Part shown: positions 1-14,000 of the stretch, one piece after another
How positions within the stretch are numbered: the stretch's first letter is position 1
Layout: every line of letters begins with the position of its first letter
DNA from: the human T2T-CHM13v2.0 reference genome, Homo sapiens
DNA: 64,000 nucleotides
Strand: one strand, 5' to 3'
Assembly (NCBI RefSeq): GCF_009914755.1
Contig: NC_060925.1
Program-made: the position numbers and the translations under genes
Notes under the pieces: generated by a model
Databases searched by the model: none
Told to the model about the DNA's origin: nothing
Seen by the model: the letters and a program-made list of their open reading frames with translations, nothing else

Positions 1-317
1 AATGGAATCGTCATCGAATGAATTGAATGCAATCATCGAATGGTCTCGAATGGAATCATCTTCTAATGGAAAGGAATGGAATCATCGCATAGAATCGAAT
101 GGAATTATCATCGAATGGAATCGAATGGTATCAACACCAAACGGAAAAAAACGGAATTATCAAATGGAATCGAAGAGAATCTTCGAACGGACCCGAATGG
201 AATCATCTAATGGAATGGAATGGAATAATCCATGGACTCGAATGCAATCATCATCGAATGGAATCGAATGGAATCATCGAATGGACTCGAATGGAATAAT
301 CATTGAACGGAATCGAT

Positions 318-3300
318 TGGAATCATCATCGGATGGAAACGAATGGAATCATCATCGAATGGAAATGAAAGGAGTCATCATCTAATGGAATTGCATGGAA
401 TCATCATAAAATGGAATCGAATGGAATCAACATCAAATGGAATCAAATGGAATCATTGAACGGAATTGAATGGAATTGTCATCGAATGAATTGACTGCAA
501 TCATCCAATGGTCTCGAATGGAATCATCTTCAAATGGAATGGAATGGAATCTTCGCATAGAATCGAATGGAATTATCATCGAATGGAATCGAATGCAATC
601 AACATCCAACGGAAAAAAACGGAATTATCGAATGGAATCGAAGAGAATCATCGAATGGACCCGAATGGAATCATCTAATGGAATGGAATGGAATAATCCA
701 TGGACTCGAATGCAATCATCATCGAATGGAATCGAATGGAATCATCGAATGGACTCGAATGGAATAATCATTGAACGGAATCGAATGGAATCATCATCGG
801 ATGGAAATGAATGGAATCATCATCGAATGGAATCGAATAGAATTATGGAATGAAATCCAGTGTGATCATCATCGAATGGACCCGAATGGAATCATCATCC
901 AACGGAAGCTAATGGAATCAACATCGAATGAATCAAATGGAAACACCATCGAATTGAAACGAATGGAATTATCATGAAATTGAAATGGATGGACTCATCA
1001 TCGAATGGATTCGAATGGAATCATCGAATAAAATTGATTGAAATCATCATCGAATGGAATCGAATGGTATCATTGAATGGAATCGAATGGAATCATCATC
1101 AGATGGAAATGAATGGAATCGTCATAGAATGGAATCGAATGGATTCATTGAATGGAATCAGATGGAATCATCGAATGGACTGGAATGGAATCATTGAATG
1201 GACTCGAAAGGGATCATGATTGAATGGAATTGAATGGAATCATCGAATGGTCTCGATTGGAATCATTATCAAATGGAATCGAATGGAATCACCGAATAGA
1301 ATCGAATGGAACAATCATCGAATGGACTCAAATGGAATTATCCTCAAATGGAATCGAATGGAATTATCGAATGCAATCGAATGGAATTATCGAATGCAAT
1401 CGAATAGAATCATCGAATGGACTCGAATGGAATCATCGAATGGAATGGAATGGAACAGTCAATGAACTCGAATGGAATCATCATTGAATGGAATCGAATG
1501 GAATCATCGAGTGGAATTGAATGGAATTATGATCAAATGGAATCGAATGTAATCATCATCAAATGGAATCAAAAATAACCATCATCAATTGGTATTGAAT
1601 GGAATTGTCATCAAATGGAATTCAAAGGAATCATCATCAAATGGAACCGAATGGAATCCTCATTGAATGGAAATGAAAGGGGTCATCATCTAATGGAATC
1701 GCATGGAATCATCATAAAATGGAATCGAATGGAATCAACATCAAATGGAATCAAATGGAATCATTGAACGGAATTGAATGGAATCGTCATCGAATGAATT
1801 GGATGCAATCATCGAATGGTCTCGAATGGAATCTTCTTCAAATGGAATGGAATGGAATCATCGCATAGAATCGAATGGAATTATCATCGAATGGAATCGA
1901 ATGGAATCAACATCAAACGGAAAAAAACGGAATTATCGAATGGAATCGAAGAGAATCATCGAATGGACCCGAATGGAATCATCTAATGGAATGGAATGGA
2001 ATAATCCATGGACTCGAATGCAATCATCATCGAATGGAATCGAATGGAATCATCGAATGGACTCGAATGGAATAATCATTGAACGGAATCGATTGGAATC
2101 ATCATCGGATGGAAACGAATGGAATCATCATCGAATGGAAATGAAAGGAGTCATCATCTAATGGAATTGCATGGAATCATCATAAAATGGAATCGAATGG
2201 AATCAACATCAAATGGAATCAAATGGAATCATTGAACGGAATTGAATGGAATCGTCATCGAATGAATTGACTGCAATCATCCAATGGTCTCGAATGGAAT
2301 CATCTTCAAATGGAATGGAATGGAATCATCGCATAGAATCGAATGGAATTATCATCGAATGGAATCGAATGGAATCAACATCCAACGGAAAAAAACGGAA
2401 TTATCGAATGGAATCAAAGAGAATCATCGAATGGACCCGAATGGAATCATCTAATGGAATGGAATGGAATAATCCATGGACTCGAATGCAATCATCATCG
2501 AATGGAATCGAATGGAATCATCGAATGGACTCGAATGGAATAATCATTGAACGGAATCGAATGGAATCATCATCGGATGGAAATGAATGGAATCATCATC
2601 GAATGGAATCGAATAGAATTATGGAATGAAATCCAGTGTGATCATCATCGAATGGACCCGAATGGAATCATCATCCAACGGAAGCTAATGGAATCAACAT
2701 CGAATGAATCAAATGGAAACACCATCGAATTGAAACGAATGGAATTATCATGAAATTGAAATGGATGGACTCATCATCGAATGGATTCGAAAGGAATCAT
2801 CGAATAAAATTGATTGAAATCATCATCGAATGGAATCGAATGGTATCATTGAATGGAATCGAATGGAATCATCATCAGATGGAAATGAATGGAATCGTCA
2901 TAGAATGGAATCGAATGGATTCATTGAATGGAATCAGATGGAATCATCGAATGGACTGGAATGGAATCATTGAATGGACTCGAAAGGGATCATGATTGAA
3001 TGGAATTGAATGGAATCATCGAATGGTCTCGATTGGAATCATTATCAAATGGAATCGAATGGAATCACCGAATAGAATCGAATGGAACAATCATCGAATG
3101 GACTCAAATGGAATTATCCTCCAATGGAATCGAATGGAATTATCGAATGCAATCGAATGGAATTATCGAATGCAATCGAATAGAATCATCGAATGGACTC
3201 GAATGGAATCATCGAATGGAATGGAATGGAACAGTCAATGAACTCGAATGGAATCATCATTGAATGGAATCGAATGGAATCATCGAGTGGAATCGAATGG

Positions 3301-6300
3301 AATTATGATCAAATGGAATCGAATGTAATCATCATCAAATGGAATCAAAAATAACCATCATCAATTGGTATTGAATGGAATTGTCATCAAATGGAATTCA
3401 AAGGAATCAATATCAAATGGAACCGAATGGAATCCTCATTGAATGGAAATGAAAGGGGTCATCATCTAATGGAATCGCATGGAATCATCATCAAATGGAA
3501 TCGAATGGAATCATCATCAAATGGAATCTAATGGAATCATTGAACAGAATTGAATGGAATCGTCATCGAATGAATTGAATGCAATCATCGAATGGTCTCG
3601 AATGGAATCATCTTCTAATGGAAAGGAATGGAATCATCGCATAGAATCGAATGGAATTATCATCGAATGGAATCGAATGGTATCAACACCAAACGGAAAA
3701 AAAACGGAATTATCGAATGGAATCGAAGAGAATCTTCGAACGGACCCGAATGGAATCATCTAATGGAATGGAATGGAATAATCCATGGACTCGAATGCAA
3801 TCATCATCGAATGGAATCGAATGGAATCATCGAATGGACTCGAATGGAATAATCATTGAACGGAATCGAATGGAATCATCATCGGATGGAAACGAATGGA
3901 ATCATCATCGAATGGAAATGAAAGGAGTCATCATCTAATGGAATTGCATGGAATCATCATAAAATGAAATCGAATGGAATCAACATCAAATGGAATCAAA
4001 TGGAATCATTGAACGGAATTGAATGGAATCGTCATCGAATGAATTGACTGCAATCATCGAATGGTCTCGAATGGAATCATCTTCAAATGGAATGGAATGG
4101 AATCATCGCATAGAATCGAATGGAATTATCATCGAATGGAATCGAATGGAATCAACATCAAACGGAAAAAAACGGAATTATCGAATGGAATCGAAGAGAA
4201 TCATCGAATGGACCCGAATGGAATCATCTAATGGAATGGAATGGAATAATCCATGGACTCGAATGCAATCATCATCGAATGGAATCGAATGGAATCATCG
4301 AATGGACTCGAATGGAATAATCATTGAACGGAATCGAATGGAATCATCATCGGATGGAAATGAATGGAATCATCATCGAATGGAATCGAATAGAATTATG
4401 GAATGAAATCCAGTGTGATCATCATCGAATGGACCCGAATGGAATCATCATCCAACGGAAGCTAATGGAATCAACATCGAATGAATCGAATGGAAACACC
4501 ATCGAATTGAAACGAATGGAATTATCATGAAATTGAAATGGATGGACTCATCATCGAATGGATTCGAATGGAATCATCGAATAAAAGTGATTGAAATCAT
4601 CATCGAATGGAATCGAATGGTATCATTGAATGGAATCGAATGGAATCATCATCAGATGGAAATGAATGGAATCGTCATAGAATGGAATCGAATGGATTCA
4701 TTGAATGGAATCAGATGGAATCATCGAATGGACTGGAATGGAATCATTGAATGGACTCGAAAGGGATCATGATTGAATGGAATTGAATGGAATCATCGAA
4801 TGGTCTCGATTGGAATCATTATCAAATGGAATCGAATGGAATCACCGAATAGAATCGAATGGAACAATCATCGAATGGACTCAAATGGAATTATCCTCAA
4901 ATGGAATCGAATGGAATTATCGAATGCAATCGAATGGAATTATCGAATGCAATCGAATAGAATCATCAAATGGACTCGAATGGAATCATCGAATGGAATG
5001 GAATGGAACAGTCAATGAACACGAATGGAATCATCATTGAATGGAATCGAATGGAATCATCGAGTGGAATCGAATGGAATTATGATCAAATGGAATCGAA
5101 TGTAATCATCATCAAATGGAATCAAAAATAACCATCATCAATTGCTATTGAATGGAATTGTCATCAAATGGAATTCAAAGGAATCATCATCAAATGGAAC
5201 CGAATGGAATCCTCATTGAATGGAAATGAAAGGGGTCATCATCTAATGGAATCGCATGGAATCATCATCAAATGGAATCGAATGGAATCATCATCAAATG
5301 GAATCTAATGGAATCATTGAACAGAATTGAATGGAATCGTCATCGAATGAATTGAATGCAATCATCGAATGGTCTCGAATGGAATCATCTTCTAATGGAA
5401 AGGAATGGAATCATCGCATAGAATCGAATGGAATTATCATCGAATGGAATCGAATGGTATCAACACCAAACGGAAAAAAACGGAATTATCGAATGGAATC
5501 GAAGAGAATCTTCGAACGGACCCGAATGGAATCATCTAATGGAATGGAATGGAATAATCCATGGACTCGAATGCAATCATCATCGAATGGAATCGAATGG
5601 AATCATCGAATGGACTCGAATGGAATAATCATTGAACGGAATCGAATGGAATCATCATCGGATGGAAACGAATGGAATCATCATCGAATGGAAATGAAAG
5701 GAGTCATCATCTAATGGAATTGCATGGAATCATCATAAAATGGAATCGAATGGAATCAACATCAAATGGAATCAAATGGAATCATTGAACGGAATTGAAT
5801 GGAATTGTCATCGAATGAATTGACTGCAATCATCCAATGGTCTCGAATGGAATCATCTTCAAATGGAATGGAATGGAATCTTCGCATAGAATCGAATGGA
5901 ATTATCATCGAATGGAATCGAATGCAATCAACATCCAACGGAAAAAAACGGAATTATCGAATGGAATCGAAGAGAATCATCGAATGGACCCGAATGGAAT
6001 CATCTAATGGAATGGAATGGAATAATCCATGGACTCGAATGCAATCATCATCGAATGGAATCGAATGGAATCATCGAATGGACTCGAATGGAATAATCAT
6101 TGAACGGAATCGAATGGAATCATCATCGGATGGAAATGAATGGAATCATCATCGAATGGAATCGAATAGAATTATGGAATGAAATCCAGTGTGATCATCA
6201 TCGAATGGACCCGAATGGAATCATCATCCAACGGAAGCTAATGGAATCAACATCGAATGAATCAAATGGAAACACCATCGAATTGAAACGAATGGAATTA

Positions 6301-9300
6301 TCATGAAATTGAAATGGATGGACTCATCATCGAATGGATTCGAATGGAATCATCGAATAAAATTGATTGAAATCATCATCGAATGGAATCGAATGGTATC
6401 ATTGAATGGAATCGAATGGAATCATCATCAGATGGAAATGAATGGAATCGTCATAGAATGGAATCGAATGGATTCATTGAATGGAATCAGATGGAATCAT
6501 CGAATGGACTGGAATGGAATCATTGAATGGACTCGAAAGGGATCATGATTGAATGGAATTGAATGGAATCATCGAATGGTCTCGATTGGAATCATTATCA
6601 AATGGAATCGAATGGAATCACCGAATAGAATCGAATGGAACAATCATCGAATGGACTCAAATGGAATTATCCTCAAATGGAATCGAATGGAATTATCGAA
6701 TGCAATCGAATGGAATTATCGAATGCAATCGAATAGAATCATCGAATGGACTCGAATGGAATCATCGAATGGAATGGAATGGAACAGTCAATGAACTCGA
6801 ATGGAATCATCATTGAATGGAATCGAATGGAATCATCGAGTGGAATTGAATGGAATTATGATCAAATGGAATCGAATGTAATCATCATCAAATGGAATCA
6901 AAAATAACCATCATCAATTGGTATTGAATGGAATTGTCATCAAATGGAATTCAAAGGAATCATCATCAAATGGAACCGAATGGAATCCTCATTGAATGGA
7001 AATGAAAGGGGTCATCATCTAATGGAATCGCATGGAATCATCATAAAATGGAATCGAATGGAATCAACATCAAATGGAATCAAATGGAATCATTGAACGG
7101 AATTGAATGGAATCGTCATCGAATGAATTGGATGCAATCATCGAATGGTCTCGAATGGAATCTTCTTCAAATGGAATGGAATGGAATCATCGCATAGAAT
7201 CGAATGGAATTATCATCGAATGGAATCGAATGGAATCAACATCAAACGGAAAAAAACGGAATTATCGAATGGAATCGAAGAGAATCATCGAATGGACCCG
7301 AATGGAATCATCTAATGGAATGGAATGGAATAATCCATGGACTCGAATGCAATCATCATCGAATGGAATCGAATGGAATCATCGAATGGACTCGAATGGA
7401 ATAATCATTGAACGGAATCGATTGGAATCATCATCGGATGGAAACGAATGGAATCATCATCGAATGGAAATGAAAGGAGTCATCATCTAATGGAATTGCA
7501 TGGAATCATCATAAAATGGAATCGAATGGAATCAACATCAAATGGAATCAAATGGAATCATTGAACGGAATTGAATGGAATCGTCATCGAATGAATTGAC
7601 TGCAATCATCCAATGGTCTCGAATGGAATCATCTTCAAATGGAATGGAATGGAATCATCGCATAGAATCGAATGGAATTATCATCGAATGGAATCGAATG
7701 GAATCAACATCCAACGGAAAAAAACGGAATTATCGAATGGAATCAAAGAGAATCATCGAATGGACCCGAATGGAATCATCTAATGGAATGGAATGGAATA
7801 ATCCATGGACTCGAATGCAATCATCATCGAATGGAATCGAATGGAATCATCGAATGGACTCGAATGGAATAATCATTGAACGGAATCGAATGGAATCATC
7901 ATCGGATGGAAATGAATGGAATCATCATCGAATGGAATCGAATAGAATTATGGAATGAAATCCAGTGTGATCATCATCGAATGGACCCGAATGGAATCAT
8001 CATCCAACGGAAGCTAATGGAATCAACATCGAATGAATCAAATGGAAACACCATCGAATTGAAACGAATGGAATTATCATGAAATTGAAATGGATGGACT
8101 CATCATCGAATGGATTCGAAAGGAATCATCGAATAAAATTGATTGAAATCATCATCGAATGGAATCGAATGGTATCATTGAATGGAATCGAATGGAATCA
8201 TCATCAGATGGAAATGAATGGAATCGTCATAGAATGGAATCGAATGGATTCATTGAATGGAATCAGATGGAATCATCGAATGGACTGGAATGGAATCATT
8301 GAATGGACTCGAAAGGGATCATGATTGAATGGAATTGAATGGAATCATCGAATGGTCTCGATTGGAATCATTATCAAATGGAATCGAATGGAATCACCGA
8401 ATAGAATCGAATGGAACAATCATCGAATGGACTCAAATGGAATTATCCTCCAATGGAATCGAATGGAATTATCGAATGCAATCGAATGGAATTATCGAAT
8501 GCAATCGAATAGAATCATCGAATGGACTCGAATGGAATCATCGAATGGAATGGAATGGAACAGTCAATGAACTCGAATGGAATCATCATTGAATGGAATC
8601 GAATGGAATCATCGAGTGGAATCGAATGGAATTATGATCAAATGGAATCGAATGTAATCATCATCAAATGGAATCAAAAATAACCATCATCAATTGGTAT
8701 TGAATGGAATTGTCATCAAATGGAATTCAAAGGAATCAATATCAAATGGAACCGAATGGAATCCTCATTGAATGGAAATGAAAGGGGTCATCATCTAATG
8801 GAATCGCATGGAATCATCATCAAATGGAATCGAATGGAATCATCATCAAATGGAATCTAATGGAATCATTGAACAGAATTGAATGGAATCGTCATCGAAT
8901 GAATTGAATGCAATCATCGAATGGTCTCGAATGGAATCATCTTCTAATGGAAAGGAATGGAATCATCGCATAGAATCGAATGGAATTATCATCGAATGGA
9001 ATCGAATGGTATCAACACCAAACGGAAAAAAACGGAATTATCGAATGGAATCGAAGAGAATCTTCGAACGGACCCGAATGGAATCATCTAATGGAATGGA
9101 ATGGAATAATCCATGGACTCGAATGCAATCATCATCGAATGGAATCGAATGGAATCATCGAATGGACTCGAATGGAATAATCATTGAACGGAATCGAATG
9201 GAATCATCATCGGATGGAAACGAATGGAATCATCATCGAATGGAAATGAAAGGAGTCATCATCTAATGGAATTGCATGGAATCATCATAAAATGAAATCG

Positions 9301-11044
9301 AATGGAATCAACATCAAATGGAATCAAATGGAATCATTGAACGGAATTGAATGGAATCGTCATCGAATGAATTGACTGCAATCATCGAATGGTCTCGAAT
9401 GGAATCATCTTCAAATGGAATGGAATGGAATCATCGCATAGAATCGAATGGAATTATCATCGAATGGAATCGAATGGAATCAACATCAAACGGAAAAAAA
9501 CGGAATTATCGAATGGAATCGAAGAGAATCATCGAATGGACCCGAATGGAATCATCTAATGGAATGGAATGGAATAATCCATGGACTCGAATGCAATCAT
9601 CATCGAATGGAATCGAATGGAATCATCGAATGGACTCGAATGGAATAATCATTGAACGGAATCGAATGGAATCATCATCGGATGGAAATGAATGGAATCA
9701 TCATCGAATGGAATCGAATAGAATTATGGAATGAAATCCAGTGTGATCATCATCGAATGGACCCGAATGGAATCATCATCCAACGGAAGCTAATGGAATC
9801 AACATCGAATGAATCGAATGGAAACACCATCGAATTGAAACGAATGGAATTATCATGAAATTGAAATGGATGGACTCATCATCGAATGGATTCGAATGGA
9901 ATCATCGAATAAAAGTGATTGAAATCATCATCGAATGGAATCGAATGGTATCATTGAATGGAATCGAATGGAATCATCATCAGATGGAAATGAATGGAAT
10001 CGTCATAGAATGGAATCGAATGGATTCATTGAATGGAATCAGATGGAATCATCGAATGGACTGGAATGGAATCATTGAATGGACTCGAAAGGGATCATGA
10101 TTGAATGGAATTGAATGGAATCATCGAATGGTCTCGATTGGAATCATTATTAAATGGAATCGAATGGAATCACCGAATAGAATCGAATGGAACAATCATC
10201 GAATGGACTCAAATGGAATTATCCTCAAATGGAATCGAATGGAATTATCGAATGCAATCGAATGGAATTATCGAATGCAATCGAATAGAATCATCAAATG
10301 GACTCGAATGGAATCATCGAATGGAATGGAATGGAACAGTCAATGAACACGAATGGAATCATCATTGAATGGAATCGAATGGAATCATCGAGTGGAATCG
10401 AATGGAATTATGATCAAATGGAATCGAATGTAATCATCATCAAATGGAATCAAAAATAACCATCATCAATTGCTATTGAATGGAATTGTCATCAAATGGA
10501 ATTCAAAGGAATCATCATCAAATGGAACCGAATGGAATCCTCATTGAATGGAAATGAAAGGGGTCATCATCTAATGGAATCGCATGGAATCATCATCAAA
10601 TGGAATCGAATGGAATCATCATCAAATGGAATCTAATGGAATCATTGAACAGAATTGAATGGAATCGTCATCGAATGAATTGAATGCAATCATCGAATGG
10701 TCTCGAATGGAATCATCTTCTAATGGAAAGGAATGGAATCATCGCATAGAATCGAATGGAATTATCATCGAATGGACTCGAATGGTATCAACACCAAACG
10801 GAAAAAAACGGAATTATCGAATGGAATCGAAGAGAATCTTCGAACGGACCCGAATGGAATCATCTAATGGAATGGAATGGAATAATCCATGGACTCGAAT
10901 GCAATCATCATCGAATGGAATCGAATGGAATCATCGAATGGACTCGAATGGAATAATCATTGAACGGAATCGAATGGAATCATCATCGGATGGAAACGAA
11001 TGGAATCATCATCGAATGGAAATGAAAGGAGTCATCATCTAATG
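318..11044 (+). repeat. Tandem duplication of a 3-unit block (5328/5329 bp)
   Basis: Private variants of U1, U2 and U3 recur in U4, U5 and U6 (cttcgcatag, aatgcaatcaacatcc, ggatgc, atcttcttca, aaagtgat, aacacgaa, ttgctatt). Confidence 0.9.
1665..2608 (+). repeat. Internal 468-bp tandem subrepeat pair within the 1776-bp unit (example; present in every L unit)
   Basis: ggaaatgaaagg(g/a)gtcatcatctaatgg at ~1669 and ~2137, and the aacggaaaaaaacgg and ccatgg landmarks, recur at +468. Paired 127-aa pseudo-ORFs are 468 bp apart. 1776 = 2x468 + 840. Confidence 0.95.
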
Positions 11045-14000
11045 CAATTGCATGGAATCATCATCAAATGGAATCGAATGGAATCAACATCAAATGGAAT
11101 CTAATGGAATCATTGAACAGAATTGAATGGAATCGTCATCGAATGAATTGAATGCAATCATCGAATGGTCTCGAATGGAATCATCTTCAAATGGAATGGA
11201 ATGGAATCATCGCATAGAATCGAATGGAATTATCATCGAATGGAATCGAATGGAATCAACATCAAACGGAAAAAAACAGAATTATCGAATGGAATCGAAG
11301 AGAATCATCGAATGGACCCGAATGGAATCATCTAATGGAATGGAATGGAATAATCCATGGACTCGAATGCAATCATCATCGAATGGAATCGAATGGAATC
11401 ATCGAGTGGACTCGAATGGAATAATCATTGAACGGAATCGAATGGAATCATCATCGGATGGAAATGAATGGAATCATCATCGAATGGAATCGAATAGAAT
11501 TATGGAATGAAATCCAGTGTGATCATCATCGAATGGACCCGAATGGAATCATCATCCAACGGAAGCTAATGGAATCAACATCGAATGAATCAAATGGAAA
11601 CACCATCGAATTGAAACGAATGGAATTATCATGAAATTGAAATGGATGGACTCATCATCGAATGGATTCGAATGGAATCATCGAATAAAATTGATTGAAA
11701 TCATCATCGAATGGAATCGAATGGTATCATTGAATGGAATCGAATGGAATCATCATCAGATGGAAATGAATGGAATCGTCATAGAATGGAATCGAATGGA
11801 TTCATTGAATGGAATCAGATGGAATCATCGAATGGACTGGAATGGAATCATTGAATGGACTCGAAAGGGATCATGATTGAATGGAATTGAATGGAATCAT
11901 CGAATGGTCTCGATTGGAATCATTATCAAATGGAATCGAATGGAATCACCGAATAGAATCGAATGGAACAATCATCGAATGGACTCAAATGGAATTATCC
12001 TCCAATGGAATCGAATGGAATTATCGAATGCAATCGAATGGAATTATCGAATGCAATCGAATAGAATCATCGAATGGACTCGAATGGAATCATCGAATGG
12101 AATGGAATGGAACAGTCAATGAACTCGAATGGAATCATCATTGAATGGAATCGAATGGAATCATCGAGTGGAATCGAATGGAATTATGATCAAATGGAAT
12201 CGAATGTAATCATCATCAAATGGAATCAAAAATAACCATCATCAATTGGTATTGAATGGAATTGTCATCAAATGGAATTCAAAGGAATCATCATCAAATG
12301 GAACCGAATGGAATCCTCATTGAATGGAAATGAAAGGGGTCATCATCTAATGGAATCGCATGGAATCATCATCAAATGGAATCGAATGGAATCATCATCA
12401 AATGGAATCTAATGGAATCATTGAACAGAATTGAATGGAATCGTCATCGAATGAATTGAATGCAATCATCGAATGGTCTCGAATGGAATCATCTTCTAAT
12501 GGAAAGGAATGGAATCATCGCATAGAATCGAATGGAATTATCATCGAATGGAATCGAATGGTATCAACACCAAACGGAAAAAAACGGAATTATCGAATGG
12601 AATCGAAGAGAATCTTCGAACGGACCCGAATGGAATCATCTAATGGACTGGAATGGAATAATCCATGGACTCGAATGCAATCATCATCGAATGGAATCGA
12701 ATGGAATCATCGAATGGACTCGAATGGAATAATCATTGAACGGAATCGAATGGAATCATCATCGGATGGAAACGAATGGAATCATCATCGAATGGAAATG
12801 AAAGGAGTCATCATCTAATGGAATTGCATGGAATCATCATAAAATGGAATCGAATGGAATCAACATCAAATCGAATCAAACGGAATCATTGAACGGAATT
12901 GAATGGAATCGTCATCGAATGAATTGACTGCAATCATCGAATGGTCTCGAATGGAATCATCTTCAAATGGAATGGAATGGAATCATCGCATAGAATCGAA
13001 TGGAATTATCATCGAATGGAATCGAATGGAATCAACATCAAACGGAAAAAAACGGAATTATCGAATGGAATCGAAGAGAATCATCGAATGGACCCGAATG
13101 GAATCATCTAATGGAATGGAATGGAATAATCCATGGACTCGAATGCAATCATCATCGAATGGAATCGAATGGAATCATCGAATGGACTCGAATGGAATAA
13201 TCATTGAACGGAATCGAATGGAATCATCATCGGATGGAAATGAATGGAATCATCATCGAATGGAATCGAATAGAATTATGGAATGAAATCCAGTGTGATC
13301 ATCATCGAATGGACCCGAATGGAATCATCATCCAACGGAAGCTAATGGAATCAACATCGAATGAATCGAAAGGAAACACCATCGAATTGAAACGAATGGA
13401 ATTATCATGAAATTGAAATGGATGGACTCATCATCGAATGGATTCGAAAGGAATCATCGAATAAAATTGATTGAAATCATCATCGAATGGAATCGAATGG
13501 TATCATTGAATGGAATCGAATGGAATCATCATCAGATGGAAATGAATGGAATCGTCATAGAATGGAATCGAATGGATTCATTGAATGGAATCAGATGGAA
13601 TCATCGAATGGACTGGAATGGAATCATTGAATGGACTCGAAAGGGATCATGATTGAATGGAATTGAATGGAATCATCGAATGGTCTCGATTGGAATCATT
13701 ATCAAATGGAATCGAATGGAATCACCGAATAGAATCGAATGGAACAATCATCGAATGGACTCAAATGGAATTATCCTCCAATGGAATCGAATGGAATTAT
13801 CGAATGCAATCGAATGGAATTATCGAATGCAATCGAATAGAATCATCGAATGGACTCGAATGGAATCATCGAATGGAATGGAATGGAACAGTCAATGAAC
13901 TCGAATGGAATCATCATTGAATGGAATCGAATGGAATCATCGAGTGGAATCGAATGGAATTATGATCAAATGGAATCGAATGTAATCATCATCAAATGGA

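Noticed and set aside
1026-1032. AATAAA once per unit as a polyadenylation signal
   Set aside because: Expected by chance in A-rich satellite. There is no downstream GU-rich element or transcript evidence.
1216-1226. tgattgaatgg (and tgattgaaatc at 1035) resembling a DUX4 site
   Set aside because: Both only partially match TGATTRRRTTA. DUX4 activation of HSATII is known, but these sites cannot be called from sequence alone.
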